From an uncultured delta proteobacterium (GTDB lineage: Bacteria; Desulfobacterota; Binatia; Binatales; Binataceae), in assembly GCA_963808235.1 (NCBI GenBank), contig CAWEEQ010000004.1:3328001-3392000 (forward strand): a stretch of 64,000 bases of DNA, read 5' to 3'. Of the stretch, positions 30,300 to 40,038 are shown piece after piece. The notes below the pieces were generated by a model that saw nothing but the letters and a program-made list of their open reading frames with translations, did not search any database and was not told where the DNA came from. Positions within the stretch are counted from its first letter, which is position 1, and each line of letters starts with the position of its first letter. The translations under genes and the position numbers were made by a program.

Positions 30300-31598
30300 G
30301 TGGCGCGAAGCACTCCCAGCTGGCTCCAGAGCACCACGCTCCAGCTCGAATCGCGGGCATCGGGGCGCAGATCCGCGCTTCGCGTCTGGCACATCCTGAA
30401 TAGCGCGGTCGAAGGCTTCATCAACAACAACGATCTGCTGCGCGCCTCCGCACTGACGTTCACCGTCGCGCTCTCGATCGTTCCGATTCTTGCGCTCGCG
30501 TTTTCCGCGGTAAAGGGATTCGGCGGCGCCGATCGGTTGAAGCCGCTCATCGAGCAATACCTGGCGCTCGGCTCGTCCGGCACCTCGTCGCAGCTGATGA
30601 GCTATGTCGAGAACGTCAATGCCGCCGCGCTCGGCTCAGCGGGCGGCGCGTTTCTGCTGATCACGGTCATCTCCACGATGGGCACCATCGAGCAGGCGCT
30701 GAACACGATTTTCAGTGTGCCTGAGAGCCGGAGCTATTTTCGAAAATTCTCCGACTACCTGAGCGTCCTGTTCACGGTGCCATTTTTGATCGTGGCGGCA
30801 CTCGGCGTGACCGCGGTTTTTTCGGTGCGGATCTCGCAATTTCCATTCGTGACGCAACTTCTGCCGTACTTGTTTGTATGGGCCGGTTTCTTTTTTCTGT
30901 TCGTTTTCTTTCCCTATACCAAGGTCAGGTACGGCCCCGCGCTGATCGGCTCATTCGTTACGGCGGTGCTTTTTCAGCTCGCGCAGTGGGGATACGTGCG
31001 CTTCCAGGTGGGAGTCGCGAACTATCGCGCGATTTACGGCGCGCTTGCGACCCTGCCGATCTTCCTGGTCTGGATTTATATTGCATGGGCGGTAATCCTG
31101 TTCGGCGCCGAATTGACCGCGGCGATTCAGCGCGGCGATATCCCTCCGATGCTCGGTCCTCTGTCGCCTGATTTTCGCTACTCGTCCGCGATGCATATCC
31201 TTCTGCGCCTGGCTGATCGCGCTTTCCATGGCGGCGACGAAGTAACTTCGTGGACGATGGCTCACGAGCTCGGCGTCGTCGAAGCTGCTATCCTGCCAAT
31301 CCTGAATGGTCTCAAGCAGGGAGGATTCGTGATCGAAGCGGACGCGAGTTCCGGCACTCTCAACCAGGGACTCTTTCTTGCTCGCGAGCCTTCGACGATC
31401 ATCCTCGCCGACGCGATCAAGGCCGTGTTACCCGATTCCGACGCGCGCGACAGCGATCCGCGGGTCGCGCGAGTGATCGCAAAGTTGGATAGTGTCCGCG
31501 GCGAAGTGCTCAAATCGATCACCCTCGAGGACATCCGCTCTCCCGAAGCTAAAGCCGCCGATCTTCCCGAGGCCGGCGCCGACGAGTCGCACCGCTGA
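30300..31598 (+). CDS. YihY/BrkB family membrane protein with C-terminal winged helix
   Basis: ASALTFTVALSIVP, IYGALATLPIFLVWIY..W..ILFGAE. Confidence 0.9.
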   Translation: MARSTPSWLQSTTLQLESRASGRRSALRVWHILNSAVEGFINNNDLLRASALTFTVALSIVPILALAFSAVKGFGGADRLKPLIEQYLALGSSGTSSQLMSYVENVNAAALGSAGGAFLLITVISTMGTIEQALNTIFSVPESRSYFRKFSDYLSVLFTVPFLIVAALGVTAVFSVRISQFPFVTQLLPYLFVWAGFFFLFVFFPYTKVRYGPALIGSFVTAVLFQLAQWGYVRFQVGVANYRAIYGALATLPIFLVWIYIAWAVILFGAELTAAIQRGDIPPMLGPLSPDFRYSSAMHILLRLADRAFHGGDEVTSWTMAHELGVVEAAILPILNGLKQGGFVIEADASSGTLNQGLFLAREPSTIILADAIKAVLPDSDARDSDPRVARVIAKLDSVRGEVLKSITLEDIRSPEAKAADLPEAGADESHR

Positions 31599-31644
31599 TT
31601 TTTCGCGGTCTGCCGCGAACTGGAATTGAATCGACGCCGGAGTC

Positions 31645-32515
31645 ATGGAAAGTAACCATCCGCAGTCCACTGAACCAAAGTCCAGTTTCGTCAACGTCAA
31701 TGGCATCCGCTTGCATGCCCTCGACTGGGGCGGCGCAGGCGAGCCGATCGTAGTTCTGCACGCGACCGGATTTCTCGGACGCATATATCGCCCGCTTGCA
31801 GAGCGGTTGTGCGCGATCGGCCACGTGTACAGCTACGATCAACGCGGGCATGGAGACAGCGCGGCCGCGCCCGACGGCACCTATGACTGGAACTGGACGA
31901 TGAAAGATCTCGAAGGGTTCGTCGCCGCGATGGGTTGGCGGAAGGTTCGCGCGATCGGCCATTCCGCCGGCGCAACCGCGATCGGCGGTCTCGCCTCCGA
32001 GCGGCCCGAACTGATCTCACGCGCCGTGCTGGTCGAGCCGGTGATCTTCGAATCGCCCACCGCGCCGGAACTCGGATGGCGCAATCCATTCATCGAGAGG
32101 ACGCTCAGGCGCAAGCGCGTTTTCGACAGTGTCGACGCGATGCTCTCGAACTTCGATCGCAAGCCGCCCTACAGCACCTGGCGCAAGGACATCCTGCGCG
32201 ACTACTGCGAGTTCGGCACGCGGCCAACGCCCGACGGCAAACGCGAACTCAAGTGCTCGCCCGAAATTGAAGCGAAGCTCTATGAGACCGCCGCCGACTT
32301 CGACGGGTTGCAGCGAATTCTCCGTTGCAAGATACCGATGCTGATAATGTTCGGGGCGCGGTCCGACTCTCTCGGAGCAACTCTGTCCGCAAAAGTTGCG
32401 ACGCCAACTGAAGACCGCGCGCGTAATCGATGTTCCCAATACCGGCCATTTCATGCCCATGGAAATGCCCGACTACGTCGCCGCTCAAGCCGTCGAATTC
32501 CTGTCCGCGACGTAG
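31645..32515 (+). CDS. Alpha/beta hydrolase; +1 insertion near 32401
   Basis: HATGF, DQRGHGDS, GHSAG; corrected C-terminus PNTGHFMPME...FLSAT* (TAG 32513-32515). Confidence 0.85.
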
Positions 32516-32527
32516 CGGCTTCGCCGA

Positions 32528-33151
32528 TCACACCAGCCCGTGGATTTTCGCGAATGGATCCCACCCGGCATCGCGATGCCAATCATACTCCATCGCGATC
32601 GCGATCTTCTCCGCTGTCTCCGCGCCGTATAGACGCGCCATCACGGCCAGCGCCATGTCGATTCCCGCCGACACGCCCGACAACGTCGCAAATTTTCCGT
32701 CCTCGACCCAGCGCGCTTCGCGAATCCAGTTCACTTTCGCGCTCTGCTCCGCCACCCACTTGAATGCGCGCTTGTTGGTGGTCGCGCGACGCCCGTCCAG
32801 CAGCCCGGTATGCGCCAAAATCGCGGTGCCGGTGCACACCGTGGTCACTACCTCCGCCTTTTCGCCGCGCGCCTTCAGCCAATCGAGCAACGTTTGATTG
32901 GAAATCTCTTTGCGAGTCCCGATCCCTCCCGGGAGCAGCATCAGATCCAGATGCGGACAATCGCCAAAGCCAAATTCCGCGATCGCTTTGGGTCCCTGCG
33001 CGCTGGTAACCACGCCGCTACGCTCCGCGACGGTGGTAATTTTGCATTGCCCCATCACCGCAAGCATCCCCCATGCTTCGAGCGGACCAAATACATCGAG
33101 CAGCTCAAATCCTTCGAATAGTACAACTCCAAGTGTCCGCAACTCCGCCAT
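32528..33151 (-). CDS. DJ-1/PfpI family protein (isonitrile hydratase-like)
   Basis: FELLDVFGP, LPGG, VCTG, GVSAGIDMAL. Confidence 0.92.
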   Translation of the reverse strand: MAELRTLGVVLFEGFELLDVFGPLEAWGMLAVMGQCKITTVAERSGVVTSAQGPKAIAEFGFGDCPHLDLMLLPGGIGTRKEISNQTLLDWLKARGEKAEVVTTVCTGTAILAHTGLLDGRRATTNKRAFKWVAEQSAKVNWIREARWVEDGKFATLSGVSAGIDMALAVMARLYGAETAEKIAIAMEYDWHRDAGWDPFAKIHGLV

Positions 33152-33162
33152 CTCTCCCTCCG

Positions 33163-33897
33163 TCAAAGCGAACTGAGTATTGCGCGCGCCTCGTTAGTAT
33201 ATATTCCGGGCCGATCGTAGAGAATCAGCGGAGGCTCTATTGCTACTTCGATTCCTCCTCCGACGCGCGCTTCAATCATCATGACTGATGCGGGCATACC
33301 TATTCGCGGATGGACAAAGCGGATGCGCTTCGGCTCCAGTTTTTTCGCGCGCATCGTCGATATCAGCTCGGCGGCGCGCCGCGCGGTAAAGACAAATGCT
33401 ACGCGTGCCCCATTGCGCGCATAGCGGCGTGCGGCTCGAATGAAATCGGCAAGCGTCGCCGAGCTTTCGCCGCGAGCAATCCGCCGGCCACGATCGGGAT
33501 TCTCGCGGCCGGCCGAAGTCGCTCGATAAGGAGGATTCGCTATCACCAGATCGAAGCTCGCGGACTCCAGCCGTGCGGACTTTTGCCGCAGGTCGGCGCA
33601 GATCGCGCGCACCGAGCCCAGGTCATTCAGCGCCGCATTGCGCTCGATCATTTCCGCGAGATTGGGTTGAATCTCGATCGCAACGACTTCGCGAGCATGG
33701 TAAATCGCCGCAATCATGATCGAGATGACGCCACATCCCGCGCCCAACTCAAGAACGCGATCGCGCGTGCTCGCGCGCACGAATCTGCCCAGCAAAATCG
33801 CTTCCACCGAAAATCGATAACCCTGCTTCGGCTGGATCAACGCGATCCGTCCGCCTAGGATTGTGTCGCGAGTTTCGCCGCTGGAAATAGACGTCAT
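33163..33897 (-). CDS. tRNA1(Val) A37 N6-methyltransferase-like (TrmN6/YfiC family)
   Basis: QPKQGYRFSVEAILL, LELGAGCG, NPPY. Confidence 0.88.
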   Translation of the reverse strand: MTSISSGETRDTILGGRIALIQPKQGYRFSVEAILLGRFVRASTRDRVLELGAGCGVISIMIAAIYHAREVVAIEIQPNLAEMIERNAALNDLGSVRAICADLRQKSARLESASFDLVIANPPYRATSAGRENPDRGRRIARGESSATLADFIRAARRYARNGARVAFVFTARRAAELISTMRAKKLEPKRIRFVHPRIGMPASVMMIEARVGGGIEVAIEPPLILYDRPGIYTNEARAILSSL

Positions 33898-34099
33898 GAA
33901 TTCCGCCGAAAAAGGAGAACGCTACGCGCGTATCTTTCGCAAGGCCGGTGTGTTCCTCGGCAAGGGCGAAATTGCGCGCGCGCTGGAAGCCCTCAACGAC
34001 GGTAAGAAAGTCGCCGAACGCGAAGGCGATAGCAAGATGGCTGAGCGATTCGCCGCCGAGATCGCTTCCGCCACGAAGCCTCCGGAAACTGAGCAATAG
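33896..34099 (+). CDS. Small helical hypothetical protein
   Basis: MNSAEKGERYARIFRKAG... 67 aa, host-like codon usage, fills the gap before hsp20. Confidence 0.6.
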   Translation: MNSAEKGERYARIFRKAGVFLGKGEIARALEALNDGKKVAEREGDSKMAERFAAEIASATKPPETEQ

Positions 34100-34294
34100 C
34101 GCGCGATTTCTGCTATTTCCCGGAGAATCTTTCGCTCCCCGCACCGCTTGACGAGTCCAAGTTCGTACTTACTTTGATATCGTGGGACGTAGAGCGCAAT
34201 AAGCCGAAAGACGCATTGATTTTTCGCCGCGCCCGGCGCCCCCAAAATATTACAATCAGGCCGGACAGGTTGACCGGCAGGAGGTTCTCTTACG

Positions 34295-34720
34295 ATGGAA
34301 GTGCGGATGAATGGTTTTACCCCGAATGACTCCTTGCTTCGCCGCTGGAACGTTTTATGGAACGAGCTCGAGCCTACGGCGACGCGCAAGACCGCGCCCA
34401 CTGCTGACGTGATCGAAGATGCTGACGTTTATCATTTCTACTTCGAGATGGCCGGCATCGCGAGTGATTCAGTAGACGTGCGCGTCGAAGATGGTAATCT
34501 CATCGTCGAGGCGGAGCGCAAGCGTCCCGAATGGTCGAAGGACGCCGAAGTGCACCTGGCAGAGCGGACTTACGGCACGATGCGCCGGGCGTTCACGATG
34601 CCTGAAGACGCCAGCCACGACGGCATCAAGGCGGCCTACAAGGATGGCGTCCTCGAAGTGACCGTACCGAAGAAACCGGAAAGCAAACCGTTCAAGATCA
34701 AGGTCGAGGTCGAGAACTAA
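34295..34720 (+). CDS. Hsp20/alpha-crystallin small heat-shock protein
   Basis: ERTYGTMRRAFTMP, AAYKDGVLEVTVPK; GGAGG RBS. Confidence 0.95.
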   Translation: MEVRMNGFTPNDSLLRRWNVLWNELEPTATRKTAPTADVIEDADVYHFYFEMAGIASDSVDVRVEDGNLIVEAERKRPEWSKDAEVHLAERTYGTMRRAFTMPEDASHDGIKAAYKDGVLEVTVPKKPESKPFKIKVEVEN

Positions 34721-34865
34721 ACAGGCTCCGATGAGCGCTTCGAGCCGCGGCTGAATTCAAGTGTGAACTGTGCGCCGGCAGGCGATACAAACTTCAGCGC
34801 CTGCCGGCGCACTACAATAGAGCCGGCGAAGCCACGCAACGGGTTGGGTATTGCCCAACAGAGGA

Positions 34866-35432
34866 ATGGCAATGCTGATTCTGGTTATTATAGTGGCTAT
34901 CGTCGCATGGATAGTACTTGCCTACAATCGATTAGTCAGTCTGCGTAACCAAGTGGATAATGCCTGGCGGCAGATTGATGTACAGCTGAAACGCCGCCAT
35001 GACCTGATCCCGAATCTCGTCGAGGCGGTCAAAGGCTATATGCAGTTCGAGCGCGATACCCTGACCCAGGTGGTAGAAGCGCGCGCGAAAGCCGTTAGCG
35101 CGCCCGACCAGGCGTCGCGGATGGCGGCGGAAAATCAGATCACCACCGGCCTCGGCAAGCTGCTCGCAGTCATGGAGAACTATCCGCAGCTGAAGGCGGA
35201 CGAGAACGTGCTCAAGCTCCAGGAGGAGTTGACCACCACCGAAAATCAGCTCGCCTTCGCGCGCCAGTCATACAATGACGTAGTGCTCGATCTGAATAAC
35301 CGGATTCAAACCTTCCCGTCCAATATGATCGCCAGCAACTTCGGCTTCCACACCGCCGAATATTTCAAAGGTGCTCCCGAAGAGCAGGCTGTTCCCAAGG
35401 TCGATCTCTCGATGACAACGCCGCACGCCTGA
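34866..35432 (+). CDS. lemA: LemA family protein
   Basis: YNRLV, IDVQLKRRHDLIPNLV, ENYPQLKA. Confidence 0.95.
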   Translation: MAMLILVIIVAIVAWIVLAYNRLVSLRNQVDNAWRQIDVQLKRRHDLIPNLVEAVKGYMQFERDTLTQVVEARAKAVSAPDQASRMAAENQITTGLGKLLAVMENYPQLKADENVLKLQEELTTTENQLAFARQSYNDVVLDLNNRIQTFPSNMIASNFGFHTAEYFKGAPEEQAVPKVDLSMTTPHA

Positions 35433-35454
35433 ACCCGATCCGCAGGCACGCGCG

Positions 35455-36471
35455 ATGGCGGCAAGCAATTTCAGAGCGCTCGAGGCGACCAATCGCCGCC
35501 AGACCGCCATGCTGGTGGTGGCATTTATGCTGCTGTTCGGTGCACTCGGCCTCGGCCTGGATTTTGCCGCGCACGATTTTTCGATCGTGAACGGTCAGTT
35601 CATCGGTTTTCCCGTCTTGATGATTGCAGCGCTGGTTTTCGCCGGCGTCCAATCTGTCGTGTCATATTACAGCGGTGCGTCGCTGGTTCTCCTTTCAGTT
35701 CACGCCCGCCCGCTCACCGCGGATTCGACCCGGCACGAGATGGTGCTCGATGTAATCAACGAGATGGCCGTCGCGGCGCGAATGCCCGTGCCGACGCCAT
35801 ACCTGATGGACGATCCGTCGCCGAATGCTTTTGCCACAGGCCGCGACCCCGCTCATTCCGTGATTTGCGTCACCCAGGGACTGGTCGACCAGATGGATCG
35901 TGAGGAGATGCAGGGCGTGATCGGGCACGAGATGTCCCACGTCGCCGACTACGACATCCGCACCATGATGATGATCGCGGTGATGGTCGGCGGAATCGCG
36001 ATGCTCTCGGATTTCGTCTACCGATGGATGTTCTTCGGCGGATTCGGCGGACGCAGAAGTGGATCCGATAACAATCGCGACAACCAGGCGGCGATGCTGA
36101 TCACGCTGGCCGTCATAATATTGGCGGCGGTCGCCCCGATCTTTTCCCAGTTGCTCGCGATGGCGGTGTCGCGCCAGCGCGAATATCTCGCCGATGCGTC
36201 GTCGGTCGAGTTTACCCGCAATCCGCGCGCGCTGCTCCGCGCCCTCGAGCACATCGCTAAAATCGAGTCGCCCCTGAAGCAAGGCACCGCAGGCACCGCG
36301 CATCTGTTCATGGTCAATCCCCGCGAAGCTGCGGGCAGTGATAGCGAGGGCTTCTTCGCGAATCTGTTCTCGACCCATCCGCCGTTGAGCAGACGTATCG
36401 CAAGACTGCGCGCGATGCTGGGGGTTGCAGACGCGAGCACTGTTCCCGGCGCAGTCGCGGTTGATACCTGA
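35455..36471 (+). CDS. htpX: M48 zinc metalloprotease HtpX-like
   Basis: PNAFATG, HEMSH, SRQREYLAD, FSTHPP. Confidence 0.92.
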   Translation: MAASNFRALEATNRRQTAMLVVAFMLLFGALGLGLDFAAHDFSIVNGQFIGFPVLMIAALVFAGVQSVVSYYSGASLVLLSVHARPLTADSTRHEMVLDVINEMAVAARMPVPTPYLMDDPSPNAFATGRDPAHSVICVTQGLVDQMDREEMQGVIGHEMSHVADYDIRTMMMIAVMVGGIAMLSDFVYRWMFFGGFGGRRSGSDNNRDNQAAMLITLAVIILAAVAPIFSQLLAMAVSRQREYLADASSVEFTRNPRALLRALEHIAKIESPLKQGTAGTAHLFMVNPREAAGSDSEGFFANLFSTHPPLSRRIARLRAMLGVADASTVPGAVAVDT

Positions 36472-36526
36472 GCTCGATCTCGAGCCGGCGTTTGCCCGAT
36501 TTTCGCACGCGGCCTAAACTCGGCGC

Positions 36527-37375
36527 GTGACGAACTCCGGCCAAATCGAAGCGATACTTCACCAGGTTGTCGCGAGCGTTTCGAAGATCGACGGCATCGT
36601 CGCGATCGTTCTCGGCGGATCTCGCGCCCGCGGCACCGCTGACGCCTGGTCGGATATCGACCTTGGAATCTACTACGACAGCTCGCGTCCATTCTCGACG
36701 ATGGCTCTGGGAGCGGCCGCGCAGGAACTCGACGATCGACACTCTGCCGGGCTGGTGACCGGGTTTGGCGAATGGGGACCGGGCGTGAATGGCGGCGGAT
36801 GGCTCGAGATTCGCGGCCATCATGTGGATTTCCTCTATCGAGAAATCGGCGCCGTGCGCGAGGCGATCGACGAATGTATCGCCGGGCGCCCGCGCAGCAT
36901 CTATCAGCTCGGCCATCCGCTCGGATTTCACGTCCAGATTTACGCCGGTGAGATTCACGTATGCCGCCCGCTGTTCGATCCCTCCGCCGCGATCGCGGGA
37001 CTCAAGGCGAAGGTCGCGAACTATCCCGAGGAGTTCCGCCGCGCAGTCATAGGCAAACATTTGTTCGACGCTGAATTTGAGATCTCGATCGCATCGAAGC
37101 CGGCCAGCCGCGGCGACGTGATGTACGTCGCGGGATGCCTCTTCCGCGCCGCGGGCTTCATGACCCTGGTTCTCTACGCGCTGAATCGCAAATTTTTTCT
37201 CAATGAGAAGGGAGCGGTCGCCGAATCGCGCGGATTCTCGATCAAGCCGGCGCACTTTCACGACACCGTCGCAAAGATTTTAGGAAATGTCGGTCGCACG
37301 CCGGCCGAGTTGTCGGCGAGCGTCGAGGGCTTCCAGAGCCTCACCGCCGAGATCCGCAAACTCACGGAATCGTGA
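36527..37375 (+). CDS. Pol-beta-like nucleotidyltransferase domain protein (DUF4037-like)
   Basis: LGGSRARG...SDIDLG, GEWGPGVNGGGWL, NEKGA. Confidence 0.85.
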   Translation: MTNSGQIEAILHQVVASVSKIDGIVAIVLGGSRARGTADAWSDIDLGIYYDSSRPFSTMALGAAAQELDDRHSAGLVTGFGEWGPGVNGGGWLEIRGHHVDFLYREIGAVREAIDECIAGRPRSIYQLGHPLGFHVQIYAGEIHVCRPLFDPSAAIAGLKAKVANYPEEFRRAVIGKHLFDAEFEISIASKPASRGDVMYVAGCLFRAAGFMTLVLYALNRKFFLNEKGAVAESRGFSIKPAHFHDTVAKILGNVGRTPAELSASVEGFQSLTAEIRKLTES

Positions 37376-37861
37376 TCAGCGGTTGCGACTCTTAAGCGCC
37401 CGCTCGATCTCGCGATCTGACGTCTTGCGTGCTATCGCCTCGCGCTTGTCGTAGGAGTGCTTGCCCTTGGCCAGCCCCAGCTCAACCTTGGCCCGTCCGC
37501 TCTTGAAATATATTTTGAGCGGCACGATCGAGTAGCCCTTCTCGCGCACCCGGCCCCACAGACGATCGATCTCGCGCCGATGCATCAGCAGTTTCCGCGC
37601 GCGAGTTTCCTTATGGCTGAATTGACCCGCCGGCGCGTACGCCCCGATATGGACGCCCTCAAGAAACGCCTCGCCGTTCTTGATTCGCGCGTAGCTGTCG
37701 CGCAGATTCGCGCGATGCGCCCGCAACGACTTCACTTCCGTGCCGGTCAGCGCAAGCCCGGCCTCCAGCGTTTCCTCGATAAAGAAATCATGCCGCGCCT
37801 TGCGGTTATCGACAACCAGATCGAATCCGTCGCCTGATGATTTTCCGTTATTTCGCGCCAT
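37376..37861 (-). CDS. smpB: SsrA-binding protein
   Basis: NRKARHDF, LTGTEVKSLR, RKLLMHRREI, KGKHSYDKR. Confidence 0.98.
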   Translation of the reverse strand: MARNNGKSSGDGFDLVVDNRKARHDFFIEETLEAGLALTGTEVKSLRAHRANLRDSYARIKNGEAFLEGVHIGAYAPAGQFSHKETRARKLLMHRREIDRLWGRVREKGYSIVPLKIYFKSGRAKVELGLAKGKHSYDKREAIARKTSDREIERALKSRNR

Positions 37862-37965
37862 CGCTCCGCGAGTCTATCCGCACGTGCGCATGCAGATAAG
37901 AGGCCGCTTTCGCCGACCAGTTGCGAACGCGCCGACTGAGCCTTAAACTGAATGTAGTAACCGTT

Positions 37966-37993
37966 TTGACTTTTTCGACTGGCCTCATATGAA
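37966..37993 (+). promoter_or_regulatory. Candidate sigma70 promoter of ssrA
   Basis: TTGACT-N16-TATGAA, 14 nt before the mature 5' end. Confidence 0.45.
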
Positions 37994-38007
37994 AACCCAC
38001 GATCTGT

Positions 38008-38365
38008 GGGGGCGAACCGGATTCGACGAAGACAATAGGGCCACGGTCGCACGCCGGGTGCTGTCGACCCGTAAAACTGGCAGACTGCGAAATTTACCCG
38101 CAGACAATAACGGTTACGCTCTGGCGGCCTAAGGGCCGCTAGCGTCCCGCCGCTGCTCGCCCATGGCAGCGGGTCGGGGCGTCATTTAGTGGGCTAGGGA
38201 ACCGCAGTTCACCGGCTGGGCGGCCTCCCGAAACTTCAGCCGGCTGGCGTCTGGAAAGCCCGTCCGTGGGCGTTCCAGGTGCGAGCTAAAATCCGCGGAC
38301 TAAGCGTGTAGTGGCCGTCGCCGGAAGGCCTTCGGACGGGGGTTCAATTCCCCCCGCCTCCACCA
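38008..38365 (+). ncRNA. ssrA: tmRNA, one-piece; tag ORF 38100-38132 (A)ADNNGYALAA*
   Basis: 5' GGGGGCGAACCGGATTCGAC; 3' T-arm GGGGGTTCAATTCCCCC followed by CGCCTCCACCA; G3:U Ala identity pair; divergent from smpB. Confidence 0.97.
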
Positions 38366-38430
38366 CTTTTCTCGTCGCGAGATTCGTGTCTCAATTCTTA
38401 TCGACGAACCAACACCACGAGGGCACTATC

Positions 38431-39120
38431 ATGATCGACCTCTACTACTGGCCAACTCCCAACGGACACAAGATCACAATCTTCCTCGAGGAGACCGGCC
38501 TCGATTACAAAATCGTGCCGGTGAATATCCGCAAGGGCGAACAGTTCGCGCCCGAGTTCCTGAAGATCAGCCCGAACAACCGGATGCCCGCGATTGTCGA
38601 TCATGACGGCCCCGGCGGGAAACCGTTTGCGCTCTTCGAATCCGGCGCGATCCTCCTCTACCTCGCCGAGAAGACCGGCAAGTTCATGCCGTCCGAGACT
38701 CGCGCGCGCTACAACGTCATCGAATGGCTCATGTTCCAGATGGCCGGCGTTGGCCCGATGTTCGGCCAGCGAGGTCACTTCCTCCGCGCCGCGCCCGAAA
38801 AACTCCCCTACGCAATCGAGCGCTACACCAATGAATCGCGCCGCCTGCTCAACGTGATCGAAAATCGCCTCGCCACCACCGCTTACCTCGCGGGTGACTA
38901 CTCGATAGCCGACATGGCGACCTATCCATGGGTAGTCGGAACGCGCCGCGAACCCGAGCAGTTGGAAAGCCGCCCGAATTTCAAGCGATGGCTCGACGCG
39001 ATCGGCGAACGCCCCGCCGTCAAACGAGGCGTCGCGGTGATGGCCGATCTGCCGCCCGAACCGCTCGATGAGGCAGCGCGCTCGATCCTCTACGGCGCCA
39101 AGCAGTTCGAGCGCCGCTGA
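38431..39120 (+). CDS. Glutathione S-transferase, Nu-class (paralogue of 22856)
   Basis: WPTPNGHK, ISPNNRMPAI, FESGAIL. Confidence 0.93.
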   Translation: MIDLYYWPTPNGHKITIFLEETGLDYKIVPVNIRKGEQFAPEFLKISPNNRMPAIVDHDGPGGKPFALFESGAILLYLAEKTGKFMPSETRARYNVIEWLMFQMAGVGPMFGQRGHFLRAAPEKLPYAIERYTNESRRLLNVIENRLATTAYLAGDYSIADMATYPWVVGTRREPEQLESRPNFKRWLDAIGERPAVKRGVAVMADLPPEPLDEAARSILYGAKQFERR

Positions 39121-39162
39121 GTTTGGCGTAGACGCCATCGCGATCGGCTCGAGTAGCTACGA

Positions 39163-40038
39163 ATGCTTAAGATAGTTAGGCTGACTGTCCTCCTACTCTG
39201 CACACTTGTAAGACCAGTCCTGGCCCAGACTAGCTCCCCCGCGCCGACTACGCTAAATGCTCGCAAGAATGCCTGCGCGCTGGTTTCTACGACCTGGATA
39301 TGCAATCCCGCCGGATTCAATATCGGAACCATCACCCTGTCCGACGCGCAGAAGGTCACGATGGAATTGGGCGCCTCGGCCGGGCAATTCTTTACGATTC
39401 GACTTACGCAAGACTCTATAGGTGGCCGCGTTCCGACTTGGGGCAGTATGTTCCTGTTCCAGAACTCAAGTACGAACGCTGCGAGTACTCTGGTCCCTCT
39501 ATCGTTCCCCAATGCGGCTGAAAACATTTTATTCCAGTACGACGCAGTCATGGCTAAGTGGGTGTACCTGTCCCGCTCTGGTATCCAGCAGATCGCCCCG
39601 ACTGTTCAGGGTGCCGGTACGACCATAGGCGATCATCCGGGTAGGGGGAGTTCAGTGAAAGCCCTTTTTCTCCCAGCCAACACTGAGACAGGAGTCTTTG
39701 GCGACAATGGAGGGTTCGAGGGGCCGGAAGGCAACGGTGTTGTCAGCTACTATCAGATCCAGTCTGGAGTCATCCAGTTCTGCAATTCCGATGCGATAAC
39801 TACACTGGCTACCTTTCGTTGTAACAAATCCGGGGACTGGCCCGAAGCTACCGCGCAAACTGCTCCTGTCCAGGTTCCGCCGGGAGGTTGTACTGAATTT
39901 CAGGTACAGATGGTTGTGAAAACTGACACGGCGCCGCGCGTTTTTACTGGCCATGTGTGCTACATAAATCCCGGCAACTCGGAAGCCGCCTATGCTACAT
40001 GGAACAGTGTCTACAATGAGGAGATTCCCGTCAGGTAG
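39163..40038 (+). CDS. Secreted hypothetical protein with phage-tail-like module
   Basis: Signal peptide ending VLAQ; IRLTQDSIGGRVPTW motif; codon usage less GC3-biased than the host by eye. Confidence 0.65.
   Translation: MLKIVRLTVLLLCTLVRPVLAQTSSPAPTTLNARKNACALVSTTWICNPAGFNIGTITLSDAQKVTMELGASAGQFFTIRLTQDSIGGRVPTWGSMFLFQNSSTNAASTLVPLSFPNAAENILFQYDAVMAKWVYLSRSGIQQIAPTVQGAGTTIGDHPGRGSSVKALFLPANTETGVFGDNGGFEGPEGNGVVSYYQIQSGVIQFCNSDAITTLATFRCNKSGDWPEATAQTAPVQVPPGGCTEFQVQMVVKTDTAPRVFTGHVCYINPGNSEAAYATWNSVYNEEIPVR

Noticed and set aside
31645-32763. Hydrolase with long Arg/Pro-rich tail overlapping the DJ-1 gene
   Set aside because: Read-through caused by the +1 insertion near 32401; the corrected frame ends at 32515.
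38311-38430. N-terminal extension of the GST ORF into tmRNA
   Set aside because: Overlaps the tmRNA 3' end; the paralogue and RBS support ATG 38431.
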